64,000 bases of DNA from an uncultured delta proteobacterium (GTDB lineage Bacteria > Desulfobacterota > Desulfomonilia > Desulfomonilales > Desulfomonilaceae). The notes below the pieces were generated by a model. It made no database searches, was not told where the DNA came from, and saw only the letters and a list, made by a program, of their open reading frames with translations. This document shows positions 61,040 to 64,000 of the stretch, piece by piece. The position numbers were made by a program, and so were the translations under genes. The stretch spans positions 32,001 through 96,000 of the forward strand of contig CAWBKB010000005.1 in the NCBI GenBank assembly GCA_963789265.1. Reading direction: 5' to 3'. Every line of letters starts with the position of its first letter. The first letter of the stretch is position 1.

Positions 61040-61462
61040 ATGAATGACACGACACCCTATGAAGACTGCGTTGTTTACTTGCTGGCCAAAGTGTACCAAA
61101 GGGCCCACTCTGTGGCCAAGCGACACCTGGCCGCCTACGGCTTGACGCCAGTCCAGCACCTCGTGCTGGCCGCGGTGCACCAGGAAGAGGGCCTATCCGC
61201 CGGAGACCTAGGGAAGAAGCTGACCCTCGACTTAGCCACTCTTTCCGGCATCCTGGATCGGATGGCCGAGCGCGGCTGGATCGTCAAGCAAACGGACCCT
61301 GACGATAAGCGGCTCCTGCAAATCCGCCTAACTAACAAAGCTCGAGATCTGGAGCCCACTCTGATGCAAGAAAGGGACAAGGCGAATGATGAGGTACTCG
61401 GCAATCTGTCTCTGGAAGAGAAAGTGCTGCTGAAGAGACTTTTGAAGGATCTAAAAGACTAA
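61040..61462 (+). CDS. MarR family transcriptional regulator
   Basis: GLTPVQ, ATLSGILDRMAERGWI, DPDDKR, LT.KA. Confidence 0.92.
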   Translation: MNDTTPYEDCVVYLLAKVYQRAHSVAKRHLAAYGLTPVQHLVLAAVHQEEGLSAGDLGKKLTLDLATLSGILDRMAERGWIVKQTDPDDKRLLQIRLTNKARDLEPTLMQERDKANDEVLGNLSLEEKVLLKRLLKDLKD

Positions 61463-61625
61463 GTCTCCTATTCGCAAATACGGTGATATTAAGAACCAGG
61501 TCCGGAAGAAGATTGCTTCGCTGCGCTCGCAATGACAGGTAGCGGGAATGTCATTGCGAGGAGTAAAACGACGAAGCAATCTCTACCGTGCAAATCCGCG
61601 ACCTGTACTCTCGAAAACCAGTACT
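61462..61625 (-). mobile_element. MITE-like cassette B carrying a GTCATTGCGAG REP pair
   Basis: Same ends as cassette A in the opposite orientation; REP cargo at 61510-61582. Confidence 0.6.
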
Positions 61626-61711
61626 AGGCTCTTTTGGCTCAATATTTCGTACTCAAACTAATCGGTTGAGAATCAGTGGAATCTCCAAGTCGGCACGAAT
61701 CGGAGGATGAA

Positions 61712-63952
61712 ATGGCAACGTGGCAAAAGACGTCGTGTGTGTGTTGCGGTCAAAACTGTGGCCTCGAAGTGATAGTCGAAGGAAACCGCATAACGAAGGT
61801 TCGTGCCGACAAACAGAACCCTCGCAGTGAAGGGTACTGTTGTCGCAAGGGATTGAAAATCGCACATTATCAACACCATGCAGATCGGCTTAAACGGCCC
61901 CTCAAACGGGTAGGCCATGAGTTCGAAGAGATATCCTGGGACCAGGCTCTGGACGAGATTGCGGAAAAGCTGAAATCAACTGTGGAGACTCATGGGCCTC
62001 GCTCTCTTGCTTACATGGGTGGAGGCGGCCTAGGGTGCCACTTCGAGGCTGCCTTCGGAGTGCGGCTTCTACGAGCATTGGGGTCGCATTATCATTACAG
62101 CCCGCTCGCGCAAGAGTTGACCGGCTACTTCTGGGTAAACGGCAGAGGATTGGGGCGACAGTACCTGGGTACTGTTCCTGACCACGAACACACGGATATG
62201 TTGGTGGCAGTGGGCTGGAACGGCTGGATGAGTCATCAGATGCCCCAAGCGCGACGGCATTTGAAGAGAATTTCCGAAGACCCTGACAAGCTGCTCGTGG
62301 TGATCGATCCCAGGCGTTCAGAGACGGCCCGGAGAGCGGACATACATCTGGCGGTTCGCCCCGGGACGGACGCTTTGCTCTTTCGATCCATGATAAGCAT
62401 TATCCTTCAGGAAGGTTGGCAAAACAACGACTATATTGCCGCCCATGTGAGTGGCTTCGAGACGATTCAGCCCTGGTTCACTGAATTCGACCCCCGTCCT
62501 GCCATCGACCTTTGCAGTCTTGACTATGATCAGGTCCGAGAAGTATGCCGGCTACTGGCTACTCGGAAGTGGTCGTGTCACTCGGATCTCGGCATCCTCA
62601 TGGGGAGGCACAGCACCGTCTCGTCTTACCTGGAATTGATCTTACTGGCCATCTGCGGCCGCATAGGAGCCCCCGGCGGAAACTTCATACCTGGCCACAT
62701 CATGCCGATGGGGTCTCATTCCGATGAACGCGATTCCAGGACCTGGCGTACCGCGGCCACGAATTTTCCCGCGATCATGGGCACATTTCCGCCCAACGTT
62801 ATGCCGGAGGAAATATTGTCAGATGGGCAGGAGCGGCTGCGGGCGGTGTTTGTAAGCGGCTCAAATCCGTTGCGATCCTATGCTGACACGACGGCCTATG
62901 AACAGGCGTTCAGAGCCCTCGACCTCTTGGTGGTCGTGGACGTGGCCTTAACCGAGACCGCCGGCCTTGCTCATTATGTACTGCCCGCAAAGTCCGCGTA
63001 CGAAAAGTGGGATGGAACGTTTTTCGCTTGGAACTTCCCTGAAATATTTTTCCAGATGCGCCGCCCCGTGGTCCAACCGGAAGGGGAATGCCTTGAGGAG
63101 GGCGAAATCCTCATACGCCTAGCCGACCGTTTGGATTTGCTTCCGGAAATTCCCCAAACTTTGTACGAGGCTGCGTTCGGCGAACGCATGAATTTCGGAA
63201 TGCAACTTATGGCCTTTGCTCAGAGCGAGCCCCGTGCGCTGAAATTCATGCCGTTCATCTTAGGCAAGACGCTGGGGAAAGCTCTGGATTCAGTACATCT
63301 TTCAGCACTGTGGGGGATGTTGCAGGTGACTCCCAAGTCTTTCCGGGAGAATGCTGTTCGTGCCGGCTTCAATCCCGGGCTCACTATGGGGGAAGAGATT
63401 TTCAATGCCATTCTTGAACGGCCTGAAGGAATTCGGATCGGCAAGTGCGATTCCTCGAAACCTTTTGATCAGCTCCGCACCGACGACAAGCGCATAAACG
63501 TTCTGATCCCGGAACTCGCGGAAGCTGTAAAGGGCATCGACGTTCAGAGTGAAGAGATCGGCCTGCGTATGAATGACGAGTACCCGCTCATACTCGCTGG
63601 AGGCCGCCACATGGATTACAACGCGAACACAATCATGAGAAGCCCGATCTGGAATGAAGGAAAGAGTAGAGCCTGCACACTTATGATGCACCCCGGTGAT
63701 GCCACAGCGCTGGGTCTGTCGGACGGGCAGACGGTTAAGATAACGACCGAAGCAGGCTCGGAGGATATCCCGCTGGAAGTGACCGACACAGCGCGTCAGG
63801 GGCAGGTGATCATGCCCCACGGATTCGGGCTTGTCCATGCGGGCCGAAAACATGGCGCCAACGTGAATCGCCTGACCAAAAGCAGCAACAGGGACCCGAT
63901 CGCAGGCACACCGCTGCACAGATTCGTTCCCTGTAGCGTGAAAGCGGTGTGA
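61712..63952 (+). CDS. Cytoplasmic molybdopterin (DMSO reductase family) oxidoreductase, substrate unknown
   Basis: GGAGGA RBS; CVCCGQNCG...YCCRKG; ISWDQALDEIA; IDPRRSETA; NPLRSY; ETAGLAHYVLP; PHGFG; no Tat signal. Confidence 0.9.
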   Translation: MATWQKTSCVCCGQNCGLEVIVEGNRITKVRADKQNPRSEGYCCRKGLKIAHYQHHADRLKRPLKRVGHEFEEISWDQALDEIAEKLKSTVETHGPRSLAYMGGGGLGCHFEAAFGVRLLRALGSHYHYSPLAQELTGYFWVNGRGLGRQYLGTVPDHEHTDMLVAVGWNGWMSHQMPQARRHLKRISEDPDKLLVVIDPRRSETARRADIHLAVRPGTDALLFRSMISIILQEGWQNNDYIAAHVSGFETIQPWFTEFDPRPAIDLCSLDYDQVREVCRLLATRKWSCHSDLGILMGRHSTVSSYLELILLAICGRIGAPGGNFIPGHIMPMGSHSDERDSRTWRTAATNFPAIMGTFPPNVMPEEILSDGQERLRAVFVSGSNPLRSYADTTAYEQAFRALDLLVVVDVALTETAGLAHYVLPAKSAYEKWDGTFFAWNFPEIFFQMRRPVVQPEGECLEEGEILIRLADRLDLLPEIPQTLYEAAFGERMNFGMQLMAFAQSEPRALKFMPFILGKTLGKALDSVHLSALWGMLQVTPKSFRENAVRAGFNPGLTMGEEIFNAILERPEGIRIGKCDSSKPFDQLRTDDKRINVLIPELAEAVKGIDVQSEEIGLRMNDEYPLILAGGRHMDYNANTIMRSPIWNEGKSRACTLMMHPGDATALGLSDGQTVKITTEAGSEDIPLEVTDTARQGQVIMPHGFGLVHAGRKHGANVNRLTKSSNRDPIAGTPLHRFVPCSVKAV

Positions 63953-64000
63953 CACCGGAGAAGGCGGATAGCCGCTCATTTCCCCGGCTGCCACGAGGTA

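Noticed and set aside
59096..61582. Palindromic repeats considered as a CRISPR array or integron attC sites
   Set aside because: Not regularly spaced direct repeats with spacers; no cas or integrase gene; dispersed REP-like structure.
61676..63952. Possible selenocysteine recoding in the molybdoenzymes, prompted by yqeC
   Set aside because: Both molybdopterin ORFs are uninterrupted, with no in-frame TGA at a ligand position.

Overview
A gene-dense bacterial window, most likely from a sulfate-reducing deltaproteobacterium (Desulfomonile-like; inferred from sat, a c3/c7-type cytochrome and the pyrG-kdsA-lpt-rpoN gene order). Core genes include a purH-like gene, purC, pyrG, a kdsA-kdsC fusion, lptCAB, rpoN-hpf-ptsN, murA-hisB-hisH, HU, a two-subunit fumarate hydratase and sat. 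Anaerobic redox modules are a fumarate-reductase-like flavoprotein with an Fe-S partner, a cytochrome c/Fe-S/NrfD/TtrA-like operon and a cytoplasmic molybdopterin enzyme. There is also a probable serine palmitoyltransferase, a BrnT/BrnA toxin-antitoxin pair, and many intergenic REP/MITE-like palindromic cassettes. The standout is 57388-46725 on the minus strand. Five ORF fragments rejoin through four single-base indels into one 3,553-aa Pfa-like type I FAS/PKS (ER-ER-KS-AT-KS-ACP-ACP-KR-DH-PPTase), translationally coupled to a TetR gene. Both of its ACPs carry Thr instead of the canonical phosphopantetheine Ser, and it encodes its own PPTase. At least seven 1-bp indels across the window point to long-read consensus errors. 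I recognised no rRNA, tRNA or CRISPR array. All family assignments come from motif recognition, not database searches.
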